Below are positions 23,045 to 35,862 of a DNA stretch of 64,000 nucleotides, piece after piece. Every line of letters starts with the position of its first letter. Within the stretch, counting starts at the first letter, position 1. Under the pieces are notes generated by a model. It saw only the letters and a list, made by a program, of their open reading frames with translations, searched no databases and was not told where the DNA came from. Made by a program: the position numbers and the translations under genes. The stretch is from Takakia lepidozioides (taxonomy: Eukaryota > Plantae > Bryophyta): NCBI GenBank assembly GCA_030704615.1, contig CM060733.1, forward strand, positions 63,984,001-64,048,000, written 5' to 3'.

Positions 23045-24858
23045 ATGTTTGTGGTGCTATTGCAAGGTGACTCCAATGCGCAAGTGGGCAAAGGGCTCCA
23101 TCAGGACGATATCATTGGGTCTTCTGGTGAGGACGAGCTGAATTCTAATGGCAGACGGTTAATTAACTGTCTGGAAGAGCTTCAGCTTTTGACCTTGAAT
23201 AACAAGACAAGAGGTGACCAAGTGCAGTGGACTCGTGAGAAATCCCAAACTGGGGAACGTTCCATTGTGGACTATATCATAATGGACAAAAATTTGTTCC
23301 CCGAGTGTTTCTCTTCGATGATCGACAGAACTGATATTGGTACCTTTGACCACTTCCTGGTTTGGACTGAGATCAAAAGGTGTTTTCCCAACACCAGAGT
23401 AGAAGAGATTCTCAAGGACCTGGACCTGGATCCGCAAGTCTTGACCCTGCTGGATAAATCCGACTTAGAGGCTGTAGTGTCCAAAGCCATGTCTGTTGCC
23501 ATGAGATTGTCTGATGAAAATGAAGTTAGGCAGAAAACTTCCCTGAACTTGTTTCTAGTCAGTGACATGGGGGAGGACATCTTGGATGACCTCAAGGGTC
23601 CACCCACTCTCGGCACTAGACTGAAATTTAAACTGAGGGAAGGAAGCCTACCTTTGAACAACAAACAGAAGCAGAGAGGAAAGGGGGAGTGCACTTCCCA
23701 TTGTGTGGGCAATCTGAAGACAATACTCATTTTCTGATACACCGTCTGGGGTTCTCTCACCAAATGGGCAAAGCTCTGGGGCTCACTAAATTTTCCACTG
23801 CACAGGGGTCAACTCTGAGGTTAAGAAAACCATGCTTTCTCGCGTTATTAGACCTGCCTTGGAGTACGGATCTGCTATATGGGTTGATAACTCCAACCAG
23901 GCTAAGTCTCTAGAATCCATTCAAGTGGGGGCGCTTAAGGAGTGTATGTCAGCATGCTCCAAAACAGCCAATGTGGCTGTTCGGGGTGAGTTTGGCATTC
24001 CATCATTAAGCTCCCGACGAGATGAAATCAAGGTCAGATGGTGGGGTCAGCTGCAACATATGCCCAACACCAGATATCCTAAGTTAATCGACTCTATATC
24101 TTGGAAACCCTAAACCCTGTCAAACAGGCGAAGTCCTGGCAGAAGAGAGTAGAAAAGATTCTCAAGGACCTTGACCTGGATCCGCAAGTCTTGACCCTGC
24201 TGGATAAATCTGACTTAGAGGCTGTAGTGTCTGAAGCCATGTCTGTTGCCATGAGATTGTCTGATGAAAATGAAGTTAGGTAGAGAACTTCCTTGAACTT
24301 GTTCCAGTCAGTGACATGGGGGTGGACATCTTGGATGACCTCAAGGGTCCACCCACTCTTGGCACTAGACTGAAATTTAAACTCAGGGCAGGAAGCCTAC
24401 CTTTGAACAACAAACAGAAGCAGAGAGGAAAGGGGGAGTGCACTGCCCATTGTGTGGGCAATCTGAAGACAATATTCATTTTCTGATACACTGTCTGGGG
24501 TCTCTCACCAAATGGGCAAAGCTCTGGGGCTCACTAAATTTTCCACTGCACAGGGGTCAACTCTGAGGTTAAGAAAACCATGCTTTCTCGCGTTATTAGA
24601 CCTGCCTTGGAGTACGGATCTGCTATATGGGTTGATAACTCCAACCAGGCTAACCAGGGCAAGAAGCCTACCTTTGAATAGCAAACAGAAGCAGAGAGGA
24701 AAGGGAGAGTGCAATTGTCCATTGCGTGGGCAACCTGAAGACAGTATTCATTTTCTGATACACTGTCCGGGGTTCTCTCACCAAAGAGACGCTCTCTTCA
24801 ATTCTATCAAGGGAATTGTGCCTATACCCCTGTTTACCAACTTTGAAAGTCTCGAGGC
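23045..24858 (+). mobile_element. Scrambled non-LTR retrotransposon fragments (APE C-terminal half and post-RT region) with an internal tandem duplication
   Basis: GDSNAQVG, NSNGRRL, WTR, SIVDYII, FDHFLV; RPALEYGSAIW; CPLC..ED..HFLIHCP; 23397-23905 is repeated at 24147-24653. Confidence 0.85.
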
Positions 24859-24859
24859 T

Positions 24860-25678
24860 GTGTTGGTGATGGTGGAGCACTTCTCCAAGTGGATTGAGTT
24901 GGTTCCATTGCCTGACAAGGCTAGTGAGGGGGCTGCGTATGCATTCTTGGATCGTGTGCTTAGCCGATTTGGTGCTCCAGCTGAGGTACTCACGGACCAA
25001 GGGAGAGAGTTCTTGGGGGAGTTTCATGCTTTGTGTGATAAAGCCTTGATAGACCACCGCACCACTTCTCGGGATCATCCTGAGGCCGATGGCTTGGCAG
25101 AGAGAGTTGTTCAGACGGTGAAGAGGGGTTTGCGCAAGTATGGCTTGCAGAAGGGACACCTAGGAGATTGGGATCTTCAGGTTCCTTGGTTAGCCATGGG
25201 CTACAGGTTCAGCAAACAAGCATCACTTGCCTCCTTCTCACCATATTTCCTTCTCTTTGGCCGAGAGCCGGATTTGCCTGCAGCCATTCGTAGGAACACT
25301 GCTCAAGTCCTTAACCTTGACGATCTGGACGTGTGGGTACGTGCATGTGATCAGCGTGCAGAATTGTTCAAGAAAGTCATGCCCATGGCTTTTGAGAACC
25401 TTGCCATTGCACAACACCGTGATACGTTGAGGTATGCCACTATACGTGGTGGAGGATATCGTCCTGGGGTTCGGAGGTTTACCCCTGGTGACTATGTTTA
25501 TTTGAAACAGACTGCTCCTACGACTCTGGATGTTACTGCAGGGCGTGTTATTCTGAGGGTTCGAGAGGTGTTGCCCTCAGGGGTCCTGATCTTGGAGGGT
25601 CGGGACGGCATGACTTGGAAGGACCATGTGCGTAATTGTGCGCCATGTCACCTTCCCAATGTCGATGGCAGAGTTGAC
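24860..25678 (+). mobile_element. Second, partial copy of the DNMT-Gypsy integrase
   Basis: Near-identical protein to 14378-15194, in one open frame; stops just before the PHD. Confidence 0.95.
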
Positions 25679-26166
25679 ATAGGTGGAGAGGCGCAGAGGA
25701 ACAGAACGAAAGAAAAGCAATCAGTTTGGACATACCTGAATCAAAACCCAAACCCGATGACCAAACTTAGGACCAGCAGGTGCTACCAGACGCCAATGAG
25801 AGATAGCGACCAGGTTTCTCAGGAGCCACAAGATGAACTGAAGCTTCTGTCTCAGCCTCCGGAGCCAGGCCTTGTTGAGTATGCTTAGGCCATGGAAGGG
25901 TGCCACTATTCCGCAAACGCCAAATCTTGGTAGAATGCGATTGTACTTCACAATGGCTGCAGGAAGCTCAAAGATCTTATGGGATAAGAGGAAAAAAGAA
26001 ACAAGAAAGAGAGGGGGTCACAAAGCTCATGGCATGCTAAGACCATGCTGACACGGAAGGGGTGCGGTGGAGGAGGGAAAAGAGAGCCCGTTGGAGACAG
26101 ATCGCGGGGAGAAAAGAAAAAAAAGAAAAGCAAAAAAACATTGCATCGCGATTTGATCCCGCGATG

Positions 26167-26496
26167 TGTCACGCCACATTCTACGCCCTTACCACTAGAC
26201 TACTCCTAAAACTTAGTAACCCCTTCCTGTAAGATTATATTTAAGGTGATATAAACCCCCCTCTATATGTATAATGTTGTACATGGAGGGGTTTAAAATA
26301 CCCCCTCCTGTGCACGCACGTGGCTGGTACATATTGGCTGGAGTGCACCCCCCGGGAGACAATATCCATTTCCTGATTCAGGGTCCGGGAATTTATAGTC
26401 TTGTGCCGAGAGTGGCCCGCCTAACTTGAAGCTCTTCGGACAATTTCAAGAGTGGGTAAACCCCTAAGGTCATTCATGATGTCCTCCCCGTGTCAC
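26167..26496 (-). repeat. Possible LTR of another retrotransposon
   Basis: TG..CA ends with an imperfect inverted repeat (TGTCACG / CGTGTCACA) and a TATAAA on the minus strand; no TSD or partner found. Confidence 0.3.
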
Positions 26497-26499
26497 AAA

Positions 26500-26880
26500 C
26501 TGGAAACAAGTTCAGGGAAGTGGTCTGCCTAACTTCAAATCCTTGAAACCTCTTCCACTCTCTGCCAGGCCTTTGCCTCTTTGACATGGCAACCCTGTCT
26601 CAGAAATTTAGAGCCGCTTACCTTCCGATATATGATGTTGGACATACGTTGCAGCAGACCACACCATGTGACCTTCAATTCATGTGACAGGGAACTTAAG
26701 GAAAACATGCCAAACAGCCACATTGGGAGCATGCTGACATGCACTCCTTAAGCACCCCCACTTCACTGGAATCTACATAATTGAGCCTGCAGGTTGGAGT
26801 TGTGAATCCATACTGCAGATGCGTACTCGCAGGCACTTGGAATAATGCGACAAAGCATGGTTTGTTGGCCTCTCAAAACC
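26500..26880 (-). mobile_element. Degraded inverted fragment of the non-LTR family at 23045-24858
   Basis: Reverse complement resembles 23820-24170 (GCTTAAGGAGTGYATGTCAGCATGCTCC). Confidence 0.7.
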
Positions 26881-27281
26881 CTACTAACCCACATTGCGAA
26901 AGAAAAGCCCACTGGGAAGGAAAGAAAGCCCACTTACCAGTGGAGGTGCACGGGCAGCTACCTTGCGCCGTTTGCCCGTGTCGGGGTTCGGCATTGGAGC
27001 TGGGCCTCTCTTTTCGGCAGAGCTCTCCACCTCCACCTCCTCATCCCTTGCCAATGGCTGGTAGTCGTCGGTGTCCGTATCCCCCGACGACGAGGACGAG
27101 CTGCCCACACTTGGACTTCGCCGCAGGTCCTTCATGGCCAGTCGGGGGGCTCCGACGCACAGAGGTCGTGGGGTCAGCTGCTCTCTTTGCAGGCGAGGGA
27201 GTTGCAACGCCGGTTCTCCGCCCCTCTTTGTCGGCAGACATGGACCACGAGAGGACAAGGCAAGACAGGCAGGGAAGAAAA

Positions 27282-30200
27282 TGTTGGAATTCGACAGAGA
27301 ATAGAGATTAAAGATGAACTGGTTACTGAGAACTCTCCACCCAACCATAGGACCACAACAAGCTGTGTCCACCCTTCGAGCTCTCCCTATTTATACTCAA
27401 AGTCTAATCCAGAAATAGCTGAGATAACTATAGCATAACTGCATGCTTTTACTTAAGATATCTCCATCTGCTATTCTGGTACAATGACTTGAGTCACTAA
27501 TAACTGAAGCTAACTTTAGCTATCTTTTAGCTAACCGAGGCTTATCTCTATTGTTAACTGTGACTTGTTAGTATGTCTGGTTGTAGATATGTTTAATTAC
27601 TTCCAACACTCCCACTCAATTAAACCATATCATTGAGCTACTTCGTTTGTCTTTGGAGAAGAGACACCAAGTAAGGTTGAACACTTCATGTGTTTTGTTT
27701 GTGGTAGACTCTTCGTCAAAACATCCGCAACCATATCTCCTGTAGCACAATAGATCATCTTGATCTCTCCCTTGCATACAACTTCCCGTATGTAGTGTTG
27801 TTGCACTTCAATGTGCTTCGTCCTTGAATATATTTCGGATTCTGACTTAGTGCAATCGCACTTTGATTGTCACAATAGAGAGTCGTAGGTAGTGATTGGA
27901 GATGATCCAAATCTTCAAGCAAATTCCGTAACCAAATAGCCTCATTTGCTGCTTGTGTAATGGACATGTACTCAGCTTCTGTTGATGACAACGCTGTTGC
28001 AACTTGTCGTTTGCTAGACCAAGATACAGCTCCACCTGCTAGGAGAAAACAATGACCTGAAGTTGATTTTCTACTATCAACGTCTCCTGCCCAGTCAGCA
28101 TCAGCAAACCCCAACAAACTTGGATCTTCCACTCTCTTATAGAGTAGACCAGAGGTTGATGTTCCTCTTAGATATCGAAATATCTTCTTCACTGCTTTCC
28201 AATGGGTTTGTCCGGGATTTGAAAGAAATTGTGAGACCACTCCCACTGAGATCTCCTTAGAATTGACACATCTTCAACTTCATCTCTAGAGTCCATATCA
28301 ACAAGTGGTTCACCAACTTCGACTCCTTGATCAACTCTATCAAGTTGAACACCTCCATCATTTGCTTCAGCCATCTCTTGTATTGGCTCCTCATAAGACT
28401 CATCTTGGAAATGGTGTAATGGCTCTAAGCTCATTCCCATGTCATCTTCTCCCACTACCAAAGAGGGTATGAAGCTTTCATCAAACACTACGTCCCTACT
28501 GTGTTTGACAGCCTTAGTTGTCTTATTGAACAACTTATATCCTTTCACACCTTCTGTGTAGCCAATAAAGATGCATCCTTCTGATTTGGAGTCAAATTTC
28601 CTTCGCTTCTGAGTAGAGATATGGACATATGCACGACATCCAAAAATCCTACAATGAGCCACACTAGGCTTCTGACCACTCCATACCTCTTCTGGTGTTT
28701 TTCCCAACACTGATTTGGTAGATATTCTGTTGTGAAGATATGTTGCAGTGCCAACAGCTTCTGCCCAAAAATAATTTGAAAGATTCACTTCTTTCAACAT
28801 ACTCCTTGCAGATTCTTGTAGTGATCTATTCATCCGCTCAGCTACACCATTCTGCTCAGGTGTATATGGAACAGTAAACTGTCGAGCTATTCCATTCTCT
28901 TGACAAAACTGATTGAAAGCCTTTGAGATGTACTCACCACCATTGTCAGATCTCAAAATCTTAAGAGGCTTTCCAGTTTGTTTTTCTGCAAGTACTTTGA
29001 ACTCCTTGAATTTCTCTAGCACTTGACTTTTCTGCCTTAGGAAATTCACCACAACCCTTCTTGACAAATCATCAATGAATGTCACAAAGTACCTTACTCC
29101 TCCAAGTGATGTGGTTTGCATTGGCCCGCACACATCAGAATGTACAATCTCCAATATACTTGTGGCTCTTCGTCCACCATCCTTAGGAAATTGACCTCGA
29201 TGTTGCTTCCCTTCAAAGCAACCTTTGCATAGACGCATATCGCTCATCTCCTTCAATGGTAGTCATTCCACAAGATGGCTTGAGAGTTGCATCTGTCTCA
29301 ACTTCTTAATGCTCACATGACCTAACCTTCTATGCCACAACTCTGTTTCTGACATGACAGTGTAGATCCCAACTGTGGTGAAAATGTGGTAAGAGCACTA
29401 GAGACATGATGTTGTAATCTATACAAGCAATTATCAAGAATAGCTCTTGCTACCACAGCTCCTGAGCTATCTGTGATAGTACAACTCTCATCTTGGAATA
29501 CCACTCTGTATCCCTTTGCAAACAATTTGCCTTACAGACAGCAGGTTCTTTGTTAAAGTAGGGACATGTAGGACATTTTCCACCTCTATGGTTTCCCCTT
29601 CATTGAGCATAAGAGAGACTGAGCCTTCCCCACCAATGACATGCTTGCTATCATCTCCCAAAAAAACATATTGTGTAGGTGAAAGAGATCTATAGGATAA
29701 GCATCTCTGAACTCATATGTTGAGATGCTCCTGAATCAACATACCACACATGCTTCTGTCTAGTAGTGGCTGAGAGAGACACAACAAATAGAATAGCATT
29801 CCTCTGATGAGTAGCTATGTTTCCTTGACTCTCTCTGCTGCGCTCATCTGCAATGCGCTTTCTACAATCCTTGATCATGTGACCAAGTTTCTTGCAATAA
29901 AAGCACCTCATTTTGGCCTTTTTGATCTTTGAGCTAGATTGAGGTTTCTGAAACCTCTGGGACTTCTGAGACATATGTGAAGGGAGTCTTCTATTCAAGA
30001 CTACTCCAGTCTTGCCTGTGAACAAAGCTCTGTCTACCTCTGTAGACGTACCTTGACATTTTCTTCTTGTTTCCTCCTTGAGGAGAAGTCTTATGACAAC
30101 ATCAATGGTTAAGTTGGTTTGTCCTGCTAGAGACACCACAAAACCATCATAGGATTCAAGTAAGGTTGCCAATAACACCACTGCGACGTGTTCATCAGTC

Positions 30201-31051
30201 ACATTAGTTCCCACAGAGACTAGTTGATCTCGCAACACACAAAACAAATTCAAGTGTTGTTCAACTGAGTCTGACTCGGTCATCTTCAGACCATAGAACT
30301 TTTGCGTCGCATACACTTGCGATGTGACATCCTTCGTCTCATATATGCTTGCTAGCTTGTCCCAAACATCCTTAGCATTCTTAGCACTTATAATGAGATG
30401 CAACTGTTTGTCTCTCAAACTTGTGATGATGCTAGCTCTTGCTTTCTAATCTTTCCTATCCCATATGGCTTGGCCAACAATAGTGTCAGGTCTTGGGACT
30501 GATCCATCAACCACTCCCCATAGATCTTTGTCTAGAAGGACCATCTCCATCATAAACTTCCAGGTTTGATAGTTAGCTCCATTGAATCGATCTTCCACTC
30601 TCACATCTAATGTACTCGTCATAGACATAGAAGGAGGATTGCTAGAAGACGACGCTCCAGCCATAATCAAGTTCTCTCATCTCAACTACCAACTCTCACC
30701 TAGAGAAGAATGGCTCTGATACCATGTTGGAATTCGACAGAGAATAGAGATAAAAGATGAACTGATTACTGAGAACTCTCCACCCAACCATAGGACCACA
30801 ACAAGCTGTGTCCACCCTCCGAGCTCTCCCTATTTATACTCAAAGTCTAATCCAGAAATAGCTGAGATAACTATAACATAACTCCATGCTTTTACTTAAG
30901 ATATCTCCACCTGCTATCCCGGTACAATGACTTGAGTCACTAATAACTGAAGCTAACTTTAGCTATCTTTTAGCTAACCGAGGCTTATCTCTATTGTTAA
31001 CTGTGACTTGTCAGTATGTCTGGTTGTAGATTTGTTTAATTACTTCCAACA
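27282..31051 (-). mobile_element. Ty1/Copia element, internally deleted (most of RT missing)
   Basis: 327-bp LTRs at 27282-27608 and 30725-31051 (TGTTGG..CCAACA, about 10 differences); TSD GAAAA; tRNA-iMet PBS TGGTATCAGAGCC at 30712-30724; PPT near 27609-27619; gag CFYCKKLGHMIKDC, protease WYVDSGAS, integrase HSDVCGP/LRSDNGGEY/EQNGVAER, RNase H DADWAG. Confidence 0.97.
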
Positions 31052-32949
31052 GAAAAAGCACAGGGAGGGAAGAGAAAGCAAACGGAAGACGCGCAAGAAA
31101 CCAAAAATACAAGTCGACAGGAGAAGGCAAGACAGGGAGGGAAGAGAAAGAAGGAAAAAACACAAGTCCAAGGAGACGTGGAATGAAAGTCACTGGCGCA
31201 TCCAACCATCCATTTCAATTAAAGTACACGTGTCAATAATCCACAAACCCACAACGGGGTTTAAGTTCATGCCAAGTGCAACTACCAGTTCAAACTAAAC
31301 CAAAAATAGTGGGGCGAGTGACTACAGCAAGTTCTGAAGAACAACTTTATATTAGTCATGAAAAAACTGCACTGCAGTCCAACACACAACTTGGAGTCCA
31401 ACTTCACAACTGCGCAGTTGGACTACCAAGAGCTTCAAAATCATGCCTACATTGAAAATGGACGGTGCCAACCGTCCATGGCAATGGCGACTTGCACCCT
31501 CTGCACCACAATTGAAGGTCGTTCGGCTGAATTTTCGGCCGTTGCTCGCCGGTGCATCTTACTCAGTACTACCATCAGCACGTATTACACCATGGAGTGA
31601 GTGTAGACAAACATAGCAATACGCTCGATTTAACTCCTCGCAATCACACGTGTAGCCACAACAGAAAAGACTGTTACTTGCGAAAGAAGCAATGCACCTC
31701 CAACCCACATGTATTATGTCATATTGAATAAAGCAATGCACGGGTCTAATCCCTTAAATCACCTGTGTCACTGATCTCTCATGCACCAAGTGGACATGGA
31801 AGGCCCAGTATTTTGTCACTGCGTACTCGTACAGCAGTGGGTACTTCTTTCCAACCCGCAGAAGCTTCTTGGTGCAAGCGGCAAGTCGGGCGAATTCGGG
31901 CACCTGCGACGATGCACTCCACTTTGCCCCATCCAATGCAGGAAAATGTAGAGGACCTTCTCATTATGCTTACTAATTCTGCGTTCCTCCTCCCGAAGTA
32001 GTGCAACTTCGGCAGCGAACTCGTTCTTCACTCTCTCCATGTGACGCAGCCTGGCCCGGGTATAAGCGGTCTTCAAATGCCGAGGCATTGTAAAAGAGAA
32101 AGATAGAAGACAGATACACGGAGAAAAGACAAAAGAGAAAAGAGCAAGAGAGGTAAGAGCGAATCGGAGGATGGAGCGGATTCAGACTATACTTAAGCAA
32201 GGATGGTGGCTGCGTGCACCTTCCCGCCATGGGCGCCTGTGAACGGAACGGTGGAACGGTGAGCCGCCATCCAACTCCGTTATGGAGTTCCAGTCTCTGC
32301 CTTTCAAACGAGTCCAATTCACACAATTGCGCCCTCCTCATGCGCTTTCTTGCTTCTTCGGTTCTTTGCCTTTCACAGGATTCCGTTCAGCACTCATTCC
32401 ACACTCATTTACACTCATTCTTTTCATACTCAGGAGTTCAGGATGCAGTTCAGTTTCTCCCCCATGCACATCGGGTGTGGGACGAGAATGAGGAACAAGG
32501 AGTCGAGGGTGAGGTTCTAGAAGGTCGTGGCACAAAGAGGGTGATGTCCCCTCTACTTCATGATGCAGCACATGACTATGTGCTGAACAACACCAAAACC
32601 ACGACAGCTTGGAGACAGTAAGTGACCCCCTCTGTCGTAGCAGCTGCCAGCCGAGTTTTATGGCATATGGAATCACCCATACTGTCCAAAGTCGTTTTGT
32701 TGACTATGTTGAGTCTTTTCATGACTTGGGAGTCGTCTAGCTGAGAACACTGCAGGGTGGTTGTTGACTTGCATGATTCGACTGCGTTACGCAGCTATGT
32801 TTATGTGGCCTGCAAATGTTGTGCTTGTGGTGTGCTGACGGGCTTGGCTTGTTTGGCTGTTTTCCCATTATATTTCCTGGTGAGACAGGAAATATGCAGC
32901 GGAGAAAGAGCGTCGGGCAGCCGAACGCGCCACATTTGCAAGAGCATGG

Positions 32950-33776
32950 CGGAGGGGTCGGAGGGATCGGAGGACACGGGCATCCCCTGTGGAGTATCCC
33001 AACAATGGCAGAGTTGGAGCCGTTCGCAGTATGGGTGAGGGCAGCGATTGCGGCATATCCCTCTGAGAATGAGGTAGAGGACAAAGATATGATATATCTT
33101 TCGTTCCCCCCCCCTTTTGACTGTCACCTCGTACCGGTCAATGAAAGCATATGGGAACCACTACAGGGTGGATGATGAAGATTCTCCTGTCCTCGTGACT
33201 TTTGATAGCGGGGTTGCTGTCGTTTTTACACAGGAGAGCAGGAGCAGTGCACGAGACAGGAATCCTGTCACATCTCCTTTACAATACGTGGGAGTCATAA
33301 AAGAAATTCTGAAACTTGACTATGGCCATGAAGTAGAACCCATTGTGTTCCGGTGTTCTTGGGTGAGATGCAACATGGTGGGAGAAAATGCCACCATGAA
33401 AAGAGATGAATATGGTTTGCTGATGGCTGAATTTGGAAGATTGTTACCCGAGCATGAGGAGCCTTTCACTTTTCCTTCCCAAGTAGAACAAGTGTTCTTT
33501 TCAGATTGCCCACGAGCACCGGGGTGGAAGGCTGTCATCCACAAGGATCCTCGAGCTCGAAGAGTAGTAGCAGATGTGAACGAGGTCGACATTGGGGAGA
33601 ATGCGGACTTTGTGGGTTTAAGGGAACCTCCGAATTTGCTGGATATGGTACAACCAACGTGTTTAGAAGGTGCTGTTGAATTGACGGCTGAAGAGATTGC
33701 CGAGGCACAAAACTGTTCTGCTGGAGTTTTGGAGGACAATACTGTAGGACAGTGGAGCGACTCCGATGGAGACTGA
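32950..33776 (+). pseudogene. CACTA TnpD/Tnp2 C-terminal fragment (DUF4216-like)
   Basis: YVGVIKEILKLDYG..VFRCSWV..RDEYGL..EPFTFPSQVEQVFFSD..GWKAVI. Confidence 0.85.
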
Positions 33777-34779
33777 AAGCACATGAGCAGTAACGTGCTT
33801 TCCCCTACATAATGAAGACAGTTTTTGGGTGAACTCTTCCCTTGGTCCTATGTAATTATCCAGTCTGTTATGGACTTTGCATTTTTAGTCCACTTATGTG
33901 ACAGAATTCCAGATTGGTTCTGTATGCTTTAGATCAAGAATTTCAGATTGGTTCCTTGTGCTTTAAGAGTTGGAGTTGCAGATTGGATCCTTAAGCTCCT
34001 GAGTTTCCTGTCCACCATTTTCATTTTGTAAAATCAAGTTTCTTCACATCCATCACACTACCATAACATTTGAAGGCCGAATCTTTCCAATAGTGGTCAT
34101 GGTGTAAGATGTACAACGTAGTAGCTCCCTCTTAGACAACATTCCGCTGGGATTTCTTTTAAGCTTGACATGGCAGCGTTCAGTTCAGATCCCACACCTC
34201 AAGTCCATGAGCATGAGGGTTCATGACACTCAGATACCAGCCCCTCTCCCAGAAGTACCAGTAGCACACAATCAACTTCGCATAAGGTACTGGCATGGAA
34301 CAAGGTATTCCAATGTTTGCAAACATAAACCTTTCTTTCAAATGTGAGGGGCTCAATGCGACAGAGGGGTTTTACTGAAGTGAGAAATGGATAGTCAAGG
34401 ACCAGACTCCGTTGGTGTGGAAATTACAATATGTAATGTAATCAAGCAAGGAAGAAACAGCATATATATGTACATAGCAAGTCTCAATGGAAGCACACTG
34501 ATCCAGTCAGAACTTTGGAAAGAAAACAACCTTGGATAATTTCTTAGCAAAGCAAATCTTAGGAGGGTATCATGTTGCAGGGAAACAAACAAACGGGTGA
34601 TAACATGAGATGTCTTGATCCATTAGAGGGGTCGGTTGCTGAAATGAGCAGAAGTACAAGTAGCACAGACTGAATTAAGCATATGGTTCTGGCATGGAAC
34701 TAGGTATTCCAATATTTGCAAACCTAAGCCTCACTTTGAAAAGTTTGATGACAAGAGCCACTTACACCCTGGGATGATT

Positions 34780-35862
34780 TTAACAAAGGCCATCGAGTGA
34801 GGTTTGCAGATCATAAATGTGATCCATGTCCTCCCCGTATGTGTCACTTGATGGCCTGCCTAAATAAAAAGGAATGACTAGTCTCATTTTGCAATGCGCA
34901 TTCCTGCTTGGACACCGCAAACTTGGGCATTGTTGCTTACGAGCCTCGGCGTATTTGGCCACCCCCACAGCCACCATGACAGCCCTCACACAGGCCTGTT
35001 CTTTCAGGCCGTTTGGTGCCTCCACATATGCTGGTCGGCTCACCTGCAACCATTTATGTTGCTGCCACCTTGGTGATGAAAGGATCCCTAGGTTCAACTT
35101 TCAGCTTGCTTATGGACATGATGAATTGTTCACATGTCATCTTTAAGCTGTTCTCGAGCTCCTTCTTTGCATCTGTTTGATAGTCCAAAACACCGGATGA
35201 AAATGTGTGAGCCAGGGACTGACTGCTCCATAATGATTGCTGACCTTTGAATATGCGGCGCAAATGCTCCAGCAAGTGTGTGGAATCTATCTCCTTGTGT
35301 GTTACAGAAAAATCTATGTCAAAGGGTGCGATCTGTTCCTGGAGTATCAGCAGATGCTTGATGACAAAAAGTTCTCCATCCATTTGAGAAGATCGCCTCT
35401 CTATCAATTTGCTCACACGTTGAATGGATGCAGAACACATACCAATAGCATCCTGTGCAAGACAGGTAAAAATTGCAGGCTCCAGACAGCGGTACAGCTT
35501 GGAGAGAGCCGATAAAGTTTTCTCCAATGGTGGGTACCAGGTTGCATACAAATCTCTTCCCTCCTCCTCATTCCCAGAGGCTGATGCAGCACTTTGCTCC
35601 AGTTTAGCTGGAAAGTCAAGATCCTCTTCAGATGGAAGGTAGTTGGCAAGCACATCCCGCATGTGTGTCTAGGCAGGAAAGGTGAGCCTTTTTTGGACAT
35701 CCGCAAGGGTTCGTAAGACAGTCGGATGCACCCCTGCCACCCCAAATGCTCATGAAGCACCTCTGCTTTGAGAGTATGTACAACCTCACAAAGTCGATCC
35801 AAGTCTGCCTCATGGATAAACCGTGCAGAGTGTCATAAGGCACTGTACACAGGGGGTCACAT
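34780..35862 (-). pseudogene. COG3: COG3 (Sec34) pseudogene, duplicated C-terminal segment
   Basis: [54 protein letters not shown]; paralogous to 37185-38030. Confidence 0.88.

Noticed and set aside
24512-25888. 458-aa ORF as a real gene
   Set aside because: Chance in-frame fusion of LINE debris (partly off-frame), an integrase fragment and unrelated sequence.
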